Positions 1 to 11,446 of a stretch of DNA of 32,000 bases are shown here, piece after piece. The DNA is from Candidatus Saccharimonadota bacterium (GTDB taxonomy: Bacteria > Patescibacteriota > Saccharimonadia > Saccharimonadales > Saccharimonadaceae), in assembly GCA_039920285.1 (NCBI GenBank), contig JBDSDX010000001.1:420001-452000 (forward strand), written 5' to 3'. Position 1 is the first letter of the stretch. Each line of letters opens with the position of its first letter. A program made the position numbers and the translations under genes. Below the pieces are notes generated by a model. The model did not search any database, was not told the DNA's origin, and saw only the letters and a program-made list of their open reading frames with translations.

Positions 1-395
1 AGTTTCATATTAACCCTGCAGGTGATTGGGATCTTGGTGGTTTCGACGCTGATGCTGGATTGACGGGCCGAAAACTCGTCGTCGATAATTACGGACCACG
101 CATTCCAATTGGTGGCGGTGCGTTCAGTGGCAAAGATCCGAGTAAAGTCGACCGCTCGGGTGCGTACATGGCACGTAGAATCGCAGTTGATTATCTGAAA
201 AAACGACAAGCCAAAGAAGTCTATGTGTATTTGGCCTATGCGATTGGCTACGCACACCCACTTGAAGCGACAGTCATTATCGATGGCAAGCGTGAATTGG
301 TAGAAGGATATGACCTTTCGCCGAATGGGATTATAACATTATTAAATCTGAAACATATTGAGTACGAGCCATTGGCTCGGTACGGACATTTTTAA
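1..395 (+). CDS. metK: S-adenosylmethionine synthetase, C-terminal part (5' end lies upstream of the window)
   Basis: The frame is open from base 3. FHINPAGDWDLGGFDADAGLTGRKLVVDNYG...GGGAFSGKDPSKVDRSGAYMARRIA matches conserved MetK C-terminal motifs (GLTGRK, GGGAFSGKDPxKVDRS). The TTG at 60 in the ORF track is internal, not the start. Confidence 0.85.
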   Translation, partial: FHINPAGDWDLGGFDADAGLTGRKLVVDNYGPRIPIGGGAFSGKDPSKVDRSGAYMARRIAVDYLKKRQAKEVYVYLAYAIGYAHPLEATVIIDGKRELVEGYDLSPNGIITLLNLKHIEYEPLARYGHF

Positions 396-484
396 TGAAC
401 TATAACAAAATCATCTACAGTAACGAGATTGCAAATACCTGAAACCACGCTTACAATAAGCACCACTAATAAAGAGGAGTTTGT

Positions 485-1018
485 ATGCCAAAGCCAGCAA
501 TTATTGTCGCAGGAATCGTAGGAGCAGTTGTTGTTATTGGAGGCGGTACATTCCTGGCCCTCAACATGATGAAACCAGGAGCTAATTCATCAACATCGAG
601 CACGAGCTCAACCTCAAAAGTAGCCTTAGTTGACCCTGACGGTGTGTATGATTTCTTCTCAGATCCAAGCGTCACGAAGCACCCTGAAAAGAATGCTAAA
701 TTTGGTAATGGTCAAACATTCACTTTTGAATATGATGGTTCTAAAACCAATAACGACCCATACGCAACATTATCGTACCAGCTCTATTACATTCAGAATG
801 ATGGAAAAACTCAACCAATTGGTGGCGGTAACGTTGTCGGTAAGGGAAGTGGTACATTCACCGTTTCTGATAAAGTGTACGATTCAAACACGAAAGATCG
901 CAACGGATTCTTTGAACTTCAGGGGACTTACGATACAGGATTGACCGACGCGGGTGCGATCAATGGCAAGAATGTGAAACTGGGTATGTATCCTATCACT
1001 TTTGACTACGCAGAATAA
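485..1018 (+). CDS. Hypothetical membrane-anchored extracellular protein (N-terminal TM helix, Ser/Thr linker, beta-rich domain)
   Basis: AGGAG Shine-Dalgarno 7 nt upstream of the ATG. There is a hydrophobic helix IIVAGIVGAVVVIGGGTFLAL followed by STSSTSSTS. No recognisable catalytic motif. Confidence 0.6.
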   Translation: MPKPAIIVAGIVGAVVVIGGGTFLALNMMKPGANSSTSSTSSTSKVALVDPDGVYDFFSDPSVTKHPEKNAKFGNGQTFTFEYDGSKTNNDPYATLSYQLYYIQNDGKTQPIGGGNVVGKGSGTFTVSDKVYDSNTKDRNGFFELQGTYDTGLTDAGAINGKNVKLGMYPITFDYAE

Positions 1019-1037
1019 ATATTCGTAGATACGAAAA

Positions 1038-1072
1038 GTTCGCCGTCTGGCTCAAGCCAGAGTATGGCGAAC
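1038..1072. terminator. Hairpin between convergent genes (GTTCGCC...GGCGAAC with inner CTGGC/GCCAG)
   Basis: Nested inverted repeat read directly from the sequence. It lies between the stop at 1018 (+) and the stop at 1090 (-). No clean U-tract. Confidence 0.4.
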
Positions 1073-1089
1073 CTTTCGGCGAACGGGTG

Positions 1090-1494
1090 TTACTGAGCCA
1101 GACCAAGCCACTCCGCTTCGATCCTCGGATCTCCCTTTCTGTTTTGAAAAAGACGAACGAGCCGAATCATGGGATAGCGATTGCTCGCCAGCAGATGATT
1201 CGTGTTCAAGACCATCACGGTGAAGTCGAGCGTGTACTCGTCTTCGGAGATCTTTTCGATCGTTAGGTTGACGGAAGAGTCGGGCGCGAGGCTGACACCG
1301 GGATGCATGAGAAGCGTATCGATGCTGCGCTTGGCCATCCTAGCCCAGGCGCGCTCGGAATACTTCACTTTGACTGGAAACGTTACCACGAAGTGGACAG
1401 TTTCCTTGTACTCAGGTTTTTTTTCGAGCGTTCGGCGCATAACGGCCTTCCAATTGTGTCGAATGTGCGAAGGTGTAACAGTGGTAATATACAA
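1090..1494 (-). CDS. Hypothetical protein, compositionally atypical (GC-richer than its neighbours)
   Basis: 134-aa ORF with a TTG start and no obvious SD. Many codons end in G/C, unlike the flanking genes. No motif recognised. An internal ATG start (VMRR) is possible. Confidence 0.45.
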   Translation of the reverse strand: MYITTVTPSHIRHNWKAVMRRTLEKKPEYKETVHFVVTFPVKVKYSERAWARMAKRSIDTLLMHPGVSLAPDSSVNLTIEKISEDEYTLDFTVMVLNTNHLLASNRYPMIRLVRLFQNRKGDPRIEAEWLGLAQ

Positions 1495-1531
1495 TAATTA
1501 CATTAAAAAAGCAAGATAATGAACGCTGTCG

Positions 1532-3169
1532 TTATTGTGCGCCGATTTTTAGGACGTCACCACTTAGTTTGTCGCGGAAGTAGCCATCGTGACTGACATA
1601 GATAATCGCGCCAGAGTATTTACCAAGAGCTGTTTCTAATTCTTCGACACTAGGGAGGTCAAGGTGGTTCGTCGGTTCGTCGAGGATGAGAAGTTGTGGA
1701 TCATTGGCGAGCATGGCAATCAATTGAAAACGAGCTTTTTGTCCACCGCTGAGGCGTTTGACAGGAGTTTTACCATCACCTTCGCTAAAAAGGTAGTCAC
1801 TCATAATTGAACGAATCTTAGTCGTCGTGATAGGTAATTCGCGCGATAAGTACATTTTTTCGATCGCTTCTTCGAGAGGCATTTCAAAATAAGTTGATGA
1901 CACTTCTTGTTCGTAGATACCGACACGGACTTGCTTGTCGAGTGAAAGTTCGCCGTCATAAGTTGTGACCGAGTCATCACCGAGGATTGCTTTAATGAGT
2001 GTCGTTTTACCGGCACCGTTTCGTCCACGGAACTCGATTGCTTCACCTTCACGAAGGTCGATGTTGATACCTTCAAAGAGTGGCTTGTCATAGCCAAGGC
2101 TGAGGTTGCGAGCAGAGATGAGCACATGCTTGCTTCGTGATTCGTCATTTTTCAGGTTGATACGAACATTCTTGGCTTTGAACTTGTCGTATTGTGCCGC
2201 AACTTTGTAGTTGAGGTTATCAACAGAATCTTTGTCGATCCAAAATGTTGGTTTGCTACGAGTTTGGAGCTCAGCAAGTTCTTTGCGAGATTCCTCTTCA
2301 AGGCGTTTGAACCGCTGAATCGTTCCACCGTGGCGTGACTTTTCTTTGAAACGTTGGTATTCGATCACTTTTGATTTTAAGTTGACGATCCGTTTTTCAA
2401 TCATTTCAAATTCATTCATTTGACTGCCCGTTGAGACTGCATTCTGTTTCAAATAGGCATCATAGTTGCCTTTGAAACTAGCCGAGCCACCGTCTTTTAA
2501 TTCGATGATACGATCGACTTCACGAAGAACGTCGCGGTCGTGAGTAATCAGAAGCGCGCCTTCATGTGCGCCTTTGAGCCACTCAATAAACTGATCTTTT
2601 GCAATGTAGTCCATGTGGTTAGTCGGTTCGTCCACCAGTGCAAGATCGGCATCGGAGTGCATAATCTTTACAACTTCAACCAAACGCTTTTGGCCACCAG
2701 AGAGCGTAGAGAATTCGCGGTGAGCAACATTAGGAAGTTGGAAGTTAGTGAGTTCACGCTCAATTTGTTCTTCGATTTGATAAAAGCCTTTATCGTCAAA
2801 GCGACCAAGTGCTTCGCTGTACTCATGAATCTTCTTCATGTTGTCACCCATAGTTTCAGGGTAGGTTTCAATAATATGGCTAAGAGCTGCATATTCAGGA
2901 AGGCCTTGAAGAACATATTGGAGGACAGTTTTGTCACCAACGTCATGGTATTCTTGCTGCGTCGCCACCGTCACTGTTCCTGGTTTGTAGGTAATGTCAC
3001 CAGTAAAGTCTTTGTCGTCACCGGTCAAGATACCAAAGAGAGTTGATTTACCGACACCGTTGCGTCCAATAACACCGATTTTCTCGCCGTCATTAATCGT
3101 AAACCTCACGTTATGCATGAGAGATTTTGGTCCAAAGGACTTTTCGGAAATGGTGATGTCGGCGATCAT
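1532..3169 (-). CDS. ABC-F family ATPase (two tandem ABC domains, no TM domain; EttA/Uup/YbiT-like translation factor class)
   Basis: Two Walker A motifs (GRNGVGKST, GRNGAGKTT), two ABC signatures (LSGGQKRL, LSGGQKAR) and two Walker B motifs (LALVDEPTNHMD, LLILDEPTNHLD), with a charged inter-domain linker. Confidence 0.9.
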   Translation of the reverse strand: MIADITISEKSFGPKSLMHNVRFTINDGEKIGVIGRNGVGKSTLFGILTGDDKDFTGDITYKPGTVTVATQQEYHDVGDKTVLQYVLQGLPEYAALSHIIETYPETMGDNMKKIHEYSEALGRFDDKGFYQIEEQIERELTNFQLPNVAHREFSTLSGGQKRLVEVVKIMHSDADLALVDEPTNHMDYIAKDQFIEWLKGAHEGALLITHDRDVLREVDRIIELKDGGSASFKGNYDAYLKQNAVSTGSQMNEFEMIEKRIVNLKSKVIEYQRFKEKSRHGGTIQRFKRLEEESRKELAELQTRSKPTFWIDKDSVDNLNYKVAAQYDKFKAKNVRINLKNDESRSKHVLISARNLSLGYDKPLFEGINIDLREGEAIEFRGRNGAGKTTLIKAILGDDSVTTYDGELSLDKQVRVGIYEQEVSSTYFEMPLEEAIEKMYLSRELPITTTKIRSIMSDYLFSEGDGKTPVKRLSGGQKARFQLIAMLANDPQLLILDEPTNHLDLPSVEELETALGKYSGAIIYVSHDGYFRDKLSGDVLKIGAQ

Positions 3170-3225
3170 AGCTTATCCACTATAACACCTTAGGGCCTAG
3201 ATTGCTAAGGTGTTATGTAGATTCG

Positions 3226-3234
3226 TGATATACT
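3226..3234 (+). promoter_or_regulatory. Extended -10 (TGaTATACT) 7 nt upstream of ATG 3242; implies a leaderless mRNA
   Basis: TGATATACT followed by agtccga then ATG. No SD is possible in 7 nt. Confidence 0.45.
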
Positions 3235-3241
3235 AGTCCGA

Positions 3242-3790
3242 ATGATTATCGGTATCACCGGACCAGCAGGCGCAGGCAAGGATACCTCGGCAGACTACAT
3301 AGCCGATCGCTTCTCTATTTTCCACGTTTCTGGTGGCGACATACTCCGTGATATGCTCACCGATGCTGGGCTTGAACCAAAAAAAGCCGCTTTAGGGCCA
3401 TTTGGCGTCTTTGTTCGTCATATGTATGGTGCTGATGAAATAGCGAAACGTGTCGTAAAAAAAGCCGAAGGCAAATCGAACGTACTTTATAGCGGGTTCC
3501 GATCTCAAGCTGAGGCTGAAGCGGTCCATGCCCGTAAAGGTATTCTTTTGTATATTGATGCACCAAGCACACTTCGACATGTTCGAATTGGTGAACGGGC
3601 ACGTGACGGCGACGAGATTGATCCTAAGGTACTCGATGCTCTTGATGCTCAAGAAAGTACACCGGGCGCAATTGAAAATGAAAACTTACCGGCAGTGAAG
3701 GCAATTGCCGATAAGGTCATTATGAATGATGGCACCCTCGAAGATTTACATGCAAAGCTTGATGAGTTTTGCCGATCACTTCTGTTATAA
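3242..3790 (+). CDS. P-loop nucleotide/nucleoside-monophosphate kinase-like protein (dephospho-CoA kinase / dNMP kinase-like fold)
   Basis: N-terminal Walker A IGITGPAGAGKDT at residue 3. The size (182 aa) and layout are typical of small P-loop kinases. Substrate is unknown. Confidence 0.65.
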   Translation: MIIGITGPAGAGKDTSADYIADRFSIFHVSGGDILRDMLTDAGLEPKKAALGPFGVFVRHMYGADEIAKRVVKKAEGKSNVLYSGFRSQAEAEAVHARKGILLYIDAPSTLRHVRIGERARDGDEIDPKVLDALDAQESTPGAIENENLPAVKAIADKVIMNDGTLEDLHAKLDEFCRSLLL

Positions 3791-3801
3791 TAACCAAAGA
3801 T

Positions 3802-3875
3802 GGCGCGTTGGCGGAGCAGTTACGCAGCGGTCTGCAAAACCGCGTAGATGGGTGCAACTCCCATACGTGCCTCCA
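3802..3875 (+). tRNA. tRNA-Cys (GCA), CCA encoded
   Basis: Folds by hand into a cloverleaf. Acceptor GGCGCGT/ACGTGCC (one G-U), anticodon stem GCGGT/ACCGC, loop CTGCAAA, T stem ATGGG/CCCAT. The T loop is TGCAACT, with G at the normally invariant U55 position. Confidence 0.8.
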
Positions 3876-3890
3876 AATTTTCTACTATGT

Positions 3891-3977
3891 GCGCGGATGA
3901 TGGAATCGGTAGACATGAGAGACTTAAAATCTCTTGGCCGCAAGGCCGTGCGGGTTCAAGTCCCGCTCTGCGCACCA
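3891..3977 (+). tRNA. tRNA-Leu (UAA), long variable arm, CCA encoded
   Basis: Acceptor GCGCGGA/TCTGCGC, anticodon loop CTTAAAA, variable arm GGCCGCAAGGCCG, canonical T arm GCGGG-TTCAAGT-CCCGC. Confidence 0.9.
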
Positions 3978-3989
3978 GACCTTATTCTC

Positions 3990-4012
3990 ACTCGGCTTTC
4001 GGCCGAGTTTTT
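3990..4012 (+). terminator. Intrinsic terminator after the tRNA pair
   Basis: ACTCGGC-tttc-GCCGAGT followed by TTTTT. Confidence 0.65.
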
Positions 4013-4049
4013 GGTATAATAGATACACTACTTAAAAGAGGGAATTGAA

Positions 4050-4613
4050 ATGATTGCGCTTTGGATTATTATTGGAGTCGTCGTATTACTGGCGCTGTTT
4101 GTATGGGCAACCTACAACGGCCTTATCACTTTGCGTGTTCGTGTTGATGAAGCATGGAGCGATATTAATGTGCAACTCAAGCGTCGTCTTGATTTGATCC
4201 CAAACTTGGTTGAAACGGTCAAAGGCTATGCGAAGCACGAAAAAGGTGTCTTTGAAGCGGTAACAGAAGCCCGTACAAGTGTCATGAATGCAAAAGGTCC
4301 GAAACAAACTGCAGCTGCAGAGAATCAACTTGAAGGTGCATTGAAGAGTATCTTTGCTGTCGCTGAAGCATACCCTGACCTGAAGGCCAGTCAAAACTTT
4401 ATCGAATTGCAACAAGAACTTGTCGACACAGAAGACAAAATTCAAGCATCTCGCCGTTTCTACAATGGTGGTGTTCGTGATCTTAATACTAAGATTCAAA
4501 CCTTTCCTGCAAACGCAGTAGCGGGTATGTTCAATTTCAAGATTCGTGAATTCTTCGACGTTGACGATTCAGAACGTGCTGCAGCCAACAAACCAACTGA
4601 CGTTAAATTCTAG
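4050..4613 (+). CDS. lemA: LemA family membrane protein
   Basis: N-terminal TM helix, then YNGLITLRVRVDEAWSDINVQLKRRLDLIPNLVETVKGYAKHE...RRFYNGGVRDLN, the typical LemA signature. TATAAT at 4015-4020 and an SD GAGGGA lie upstream. Confidence 0.9.
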   Translation: MIALWIIIGVVVLLALFVWATYNGLITLRVRVDEAWSDINVQLKRRLDLIPNLVETVKGYAKHEKGVFEAVTEARTSVMNAKGPKQTAAAENQLEGALKSIFAVAEAYPDLKASQNFIELQQELVDTEDKIQASRRFYNGGVRDLNTKIQTFPANAVAGMFNFKIREFFDVDDSERAAANKPTDVKF

Positions 4614-4633
4614 TTTCACGCTAACTCATCGTT

Positions 4634-5899
4634 ATGTTTGAGACCCTCTCTTTCTTCGCGTCTATCATTGATCTGTTTGCCATTGGTGGCGGTGGAGGCT
4701 CTGGTGGAGGCGGTGGCGGAGGTGGCGGAGGAGGAGGCGGAGGCGGCGGTCACTCTGGTGGTGGATCAGGCGGAAGTAGCAGTCCTCTCAGTATTCTTAT
4801 ATCAGTCCTAATGTATATCGGTATATTCATCGCTGTATTCTATTTTTCTCGTCAAGCCGCAAAAAAGCTGAAAATCCGACGTCAGAAAATGCGTGATGCA
4901 CTCAAGGTTGCCGCCGCGGCAGATGTTATATGGGACCCGGGTGCGCTTGATACCCATGCGAAAGATACATTCATTCAATACCAAAAAGATTGGTCAACGT
5001 TCAACGTTGAATCAATGAAGACGTACATGACACCTCGTTACTATCAACATAATATGTTGATGATGGGGGCACTGAAATTGCATGCGAGGCAAAACGACGT
5101 CCAAAACCCAGTGGTTATATCGGCGGATATTATGCAGTTCCATGACAGCCCCGATGATGCGGCTGATGCGTATACGACCCAAATGGTGGTATTCGTTCAT
5201 GATGTACTCATTGATACCCAAGATAATACGCAATTATTTGCTCAGAATTTAAGTACGACTGAATTCTATAAATTTGAACGTGCAAAAAAGAAATGGTTAT
5301 TTGCGGGCATTGATCAAGCAACGGCAGATCCTAGTAAACGAAATGTTTCACTTGAACAGTTCTCAGACAAGAATGGATTCTTTTTCTCACTCGACTGGGG
5401 TCACTTGTTATTGCCACGGAGAGGACAACTTTTTAGTAAAGGTGCTTTCGGCCGATCTGATATTAACAACCATGTAATCGGACTATATAAAGACATCATT
5501 ATTCAGTTTTATAATTTCGTACCGAATCCTCAAAACACGATGGATCAATATTTGATCGCACAGACAAGTGTTCCGAAGAGTTACGGCAATATTGTGGTTC
5601 GTGTCAAAAAAGGATTCTTCTCGGGAGGCACGAAAGGTTTGCGCCAACTCAAGATGGAGTGGCAAGACTTTAATAACAAATATGAAGTCTTTGCGAGCGA
5701 TGAAGAATTGGCAACCAGTTTTGAACTTTTGAACCCTAAGTTCATGGAAACACTCGAAGCATTACCGTTCGAAGTGAACATTGAAGTTGTCGATAATATC
5801 GTTTATCTCTATAGCGCAGGCTTCGGACTCACAAACGCCGAAGCGTATACGACAATGCTTGATGTTTTAAAGGCTGCATTTAAAGAGATGAGGATGTAG
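4634..5899 (+). CDS. Membrane protein with poly-Gly N-terminus, one TM helix, a Tim44-like region and a DUF3137-like C-terminal domain
   Basis: GGGGGSG(16)HSGGGSGGSSS tract, TM helix ILISVLMYIGIFIAVFYF. A Tim44-like stretch (WDPGALDTHAKDTFIQYQKDW...) and a C-terminal YEVFASDEELATSFELLNPKFMETLEAL resemble DUF3137. Recognised by eye only. Confidence 0.55.
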   Translation: MFETLSFFASIIDLFAIGGGGGSGGGGGGGGGGGGGGGGHSGGGSGGSSSPLSILISVLMYIGIFIAVFYFSRQAAKKLKIRRQKMRDALKVAAAADVIWDPGALDTHAKDTFIQYQKDWSTFNVESMKTYMTPRYYQHNMLMMGALKLHARQNDVQNPVVISADIMQFHDSPDDAADAYTTQMVVFVHDVLIDTQDNTQLFAQNLSTTEFYKFERAKKKWLFAGIDQATADPSKRNVSLEQFSDKNGFFFSLDWGHLLLPRRGQLFSKGAFGRSDINNHVIGLYKDIIIQFYNFVPNPQNTMDQYLIAQTSVPKSYGNIVVRVKKGFFSGGTKGLRQLKMEWQDFNNKYEVFASDEELATSFELLNPKFMETLEALPFEVNIEVVDNIVYLYSAGFGLTNAEAYTTMLDVLKAAFKEMRM

Positions 5900-5937
5900 T
5901 TTTTTCTCTGTGAAAACGCTATAATAGTATAAGAATT

Positions 5938-6793
5938 ATGTATAAAGCGATTGCTGCAAATAAACGAAATACTGTGCTCATTATGGCTGTTTTTGTGGCG
6001 CTCATTAGCGTGATCGGTTATATCATTAGTCTGTATTATGGCAATACGACCATTTCTTATTTCGTAATTGGCGGAGCTGCACTCTACGCACTGATTCAGT
6101 ATTTTATTGCCAGTAAACTTGCGATGGCACTGACTGGTGCGCAAGAAATTCAAAAGAAAGATAATCCACGATTCTACCGCATTGTTGAGAACTTAGCGAT
6201 TACGCTCGGTATGAATACACCAAAGGTATATATCATTGATGATAAAGCACCGAATGCTCTTGCAACGGGACGTGACCCGAAACATGCTATGGTTGCTGCA
6301 ACAACCGGACTTCTTGAGATTATGGATGACCGTGAATTAGAAGCCGTTATGGCGCATGAGATGGGGCACGTTCAGAACTATGACATCCGTGTCACTATGA
6401 TCGCCTTCGGGTTGGTGAGTGCGATTAGCATTTTATCTGACGTTATCATACGAGTGCTGTTCTATGGTGATAATCGTCGTGATGTGAACCCGGTTGTTTT
6501 GGTGGTTGGTTTGATCGTCGTTATTATCGCGCCGATTGTTGCAACAATGGTGCAGTTAGCAATTAGTCGCCAACGCGAATATCTAGCTGATGCGACCGGT
6601 GCGCTAACAACCCGTGATGGTGAAGGCTTGGCGAATGCACTTGAAAAATTGCAAAAATACGGTCAACCAATGAAGCGACAGACTACCTCGACCGCGCACT
6701 TGTTTATTTCGAATCCACTTAAAGCTGGTTTTTTATCGAAACTATTTAGCACCCACCCTCCACTCGAGGACCGTATTAAAAGGTTACGAAATA

Positions 6794-6810
<17 letters not shown>
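5938..6810 (+). CDS. htpX: HtpX-type M48 zinc metalloprotease
   Basis: HEMGH zinc motif (AVMAHEMGHVQNYD), four TM segments, and C-terminal STHPPLEDRIKRL typical of HtpX. Confidence 0.9.
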
Positions 6811-9866
<3,056 letters not shown>

Positions 9867-10226
9867 ATGGATAAGATAAAACGATATAGCAAGCGAATAC
9901 TTGTTGGGTTTGTCGGAGGCCTCGTTATATTGATTGGAATAGTGTTGATCCCGTATCCTGGACCGGGCTGGTTGACGGTGTTTGCTGGATTTGCAATTCT
10001 CTCAACAGAGTTCGAATTCGCCAAGAGCGTACTCAAGTGGCTGAAAGAAAAATATGACCTATGGCTTGTCTGGCTCAAAAAACAACATGGAATTGTACAG
10101 ATAGGGATGTTTCTTTTTACGAGTCTGGTTGTAGCCGTCACCGTCTGGTTGATAAATGGCTTTGGCGCAGTAAACTATTTCCTCCAGCTTCACCAGGATT
10201 GGCTTAACTCTCCTTTATTCCATTAA
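9867..10226 (+). CDS. PGPGW-motif small membrane protein (TIGR02611-like)
   Basis: The ATG directly follows the ligA stop. Contains IPYPGPGWLTVFAGFAILSTEFEFAK, the PGPGW family signature, and 3 TM helices. Confidence 0.7.
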   Translation: MDKIKRYSKRILVGFVGGLVILIGIVLIPYPGPGWLTVFAGFAILSTEFEFAKSVLKWLKEKYDLWLVWLKKQHGIVQIGMFLFTSLVVAVTVWLINGFGAVNYFLQLHQDWLNSPLFH

Positions 10227-10285
10227 TATTGCTTTCCCACCTCTCATTGACTACAATGATGAACAGTTACCATAAGGAGAATATA

Positions 10286-10687
10286 ATGAACCCGAGTCAA
10301 GACCCAAAAAACTCAGCGCCAGACGTTTCAATGTCAATGAACGATCCAGCACCAGCAACTAATACAATCAGTGCTGCAACTGTTGCTAATTCCGCTGCTA
10401 TGAACCCCGGCAAAACCCTTGGTATTGTTGGTATGGTTCTTTCGATCGTAGGAATTGGCCTTGTTGGTCTTATCCTTAGTATCGTTGCTATGAACAAATC
10501 AAAGGCAGTTGGTATGAAGAACGGTTTTGCACTTGCCGGTCTTATTATCGGTATCGTTAACATCGTGTTTGGACTTATCTTTGGAATTCTTTTCATTGCT
10601 GGTCTTTCAAAAATTGCAAGTACGTGTAGTGATCTCGGCTCTGGCTCACACTATGTTGACGGCGTGACATACAACTGTGGATCTTAG
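10286..10687 (+). CDS. DUF4190-like membrane protein with a short Cys-bracketed C-terminal tail
   Basis: AAGGAG SD 6 nt before ATG 10286; the ORF-track TTG at 10229 is rejected. PGKTLGIVGMVLSIVGIGLVGLILSIVAMNKSK...GFALAGLIIGIV is the DUF4190 two-helix pattern. The C-terminus is CSDLGSGSHYVDGVTYNC. Confidence 0.65.
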   Translation: MNPSQDPKNSAPDVSMSMNDPAPATNTISAATVANSAAMNPGKTLGIVGMVLSIVGIGLVGLILSIVAMNKSKAVGMKNGFALAGLIIGIVNIVFGLIFGILFIAGLSKIASTCSDLGSGSHYVDGVTYNCGS

Positions 10688-10710
10688 TTATATCACGAAT
10701 TAAGAACCCA

Positions 10711-10744
10711 ATAAAAATAACCCCTCGGAAGGGGTTATTTTTTA
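10711..10744. terminator. Bidirectional intrinsic terminator between convergent genes
   Basis: AAAA-ATAACCCCT-cgg-AGGGGTTAT-TTTTT: a 9-bp stem flanked by an A-run and a T-run. Confidence 0.75.
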
Positions 10745-10756
10745 TGAACTGATAAA

Positions 10757-11056
10757 TTACCAGCTACGTTGGCGGAATGATCCACCATCGTTTGAACGAG
10801 GTCGGTCTTCTTTAGGGCGAGCAAGGCTAACGTTTATTGGACGTCCGTCAAGTTCTTTGCCGTTAAGTTGATCAACTGCTTTTTGGTTGTTAGCTTCGTC
10901 TGCAAATTCGACGAAACCGAAACCCTTTGAACGGCCGCTTTCGCGGTCCATGACTACTCGTGCTGAGACGACTTCGCCAATTTCTTCAAAGAAAGCCTTC
11001 ATGCTGTCATCAGTAGTAGCGTAAGCTAGGCTACCGATAAATAGATTTTGTGACAT
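10757..11056 (-). CDS. RRM-type RNA-binding protein
   Basis: RNP-2 LFIGSLAY and RNP-1 KGFGFVEF motifs, with a short Arg/Ser/Gly C-terminal tail. Confidence 0.9.
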   Translation of the reverse strand: MSQNLFIGSLAYATTDDSMKAFFEEIGEVVSARVVMDRESGRSKGFGFVEFADEANNQKAVDQLNGKELDGRPINVSLARPKEDRPRSNDGGSFRQRSW

Positions 11057-11376
11057 AGGTTGTGTTGTATTCTTTTCTTCTTCTTTACTTCGTTGTCAGA
11101 TCGACCCTAACGACAGTAGTTCGGCGAAGAAGAGAGATTTATCTTGGTGAGGATAAGCGCCCGCCTTCTAGCTTTGTACGCGTGTGCTTCTGAACTTCCT
11201 TATTTAAGCATATACTCAAGGAATATACTAGGGCAGAATGATCAAACTACTTGTGCTTTTACCAGAGGCGGTGCATACTATGAGCATGCTGATGCGCACA
11301 GGGGTACCCTTGCGCTGGTAAAATAAACACACCATAAACATGTTGTGCCCCGGGTGGGCGCGCAGCAGCCAAAGTA

Positions 11377-11403
11377 TCGTCTCTTCAACGGAGGCGATTT
11401 TTT
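11377..11403 (+). terminator. Intrinsic terminator/attenuator 44 nt upstream of the pilin-RCC1 start
   Basis: TCGTCTC-ttcaacg-GAGGCGA (7 bp, one G-U) followed by TTTTTT. No plus-strand gene ends here, so it more likely closes a leader or small RNA. Confidence 0.55.
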
Positions 11404-11446
11404 GTTGTTACGACTAGCCGGTATAGGGCTTATGGTTTATAGTTAT

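Noticed and set aside
3726-4048. ORFs 3726-4019 and 3848-4048 (and 23510-23710, 23558-23857) in the ORF track.
   Set aside because: They run straight through tRNA-Cys/tRNA-Leu (or tRNA-Gln) and their terminators, so they are not coding.
11294-11375. Possible SRP RNA (AGCAGCCAAAG resembles the 4.5S AGCAGCCAAGG) or a c-di-GMP-I riboswitch (GCGCACAGGGG).
   Set aside because: For SRP, the conserved 5' strand (GGUCAGGUCC) and the GNRA tetraloop are missing. For GEMM-I, I could not find the second conserved half (ACGCAAAGCC) or the tetraloop/receptor. It is kept only as an unclassified structured leader.
11144-11446. The 60-aa ORF 11144-11326 and the GTG-11345 N-terminal extension of the pilin-RCC1 ORF.
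   Set aside because: The extension reads through an intrinsic terminator and would bury the prepilin leader about 35 aa inside the protein. The 60-aa ORF has a TTG start, no SD, and lies in a structured spacer.
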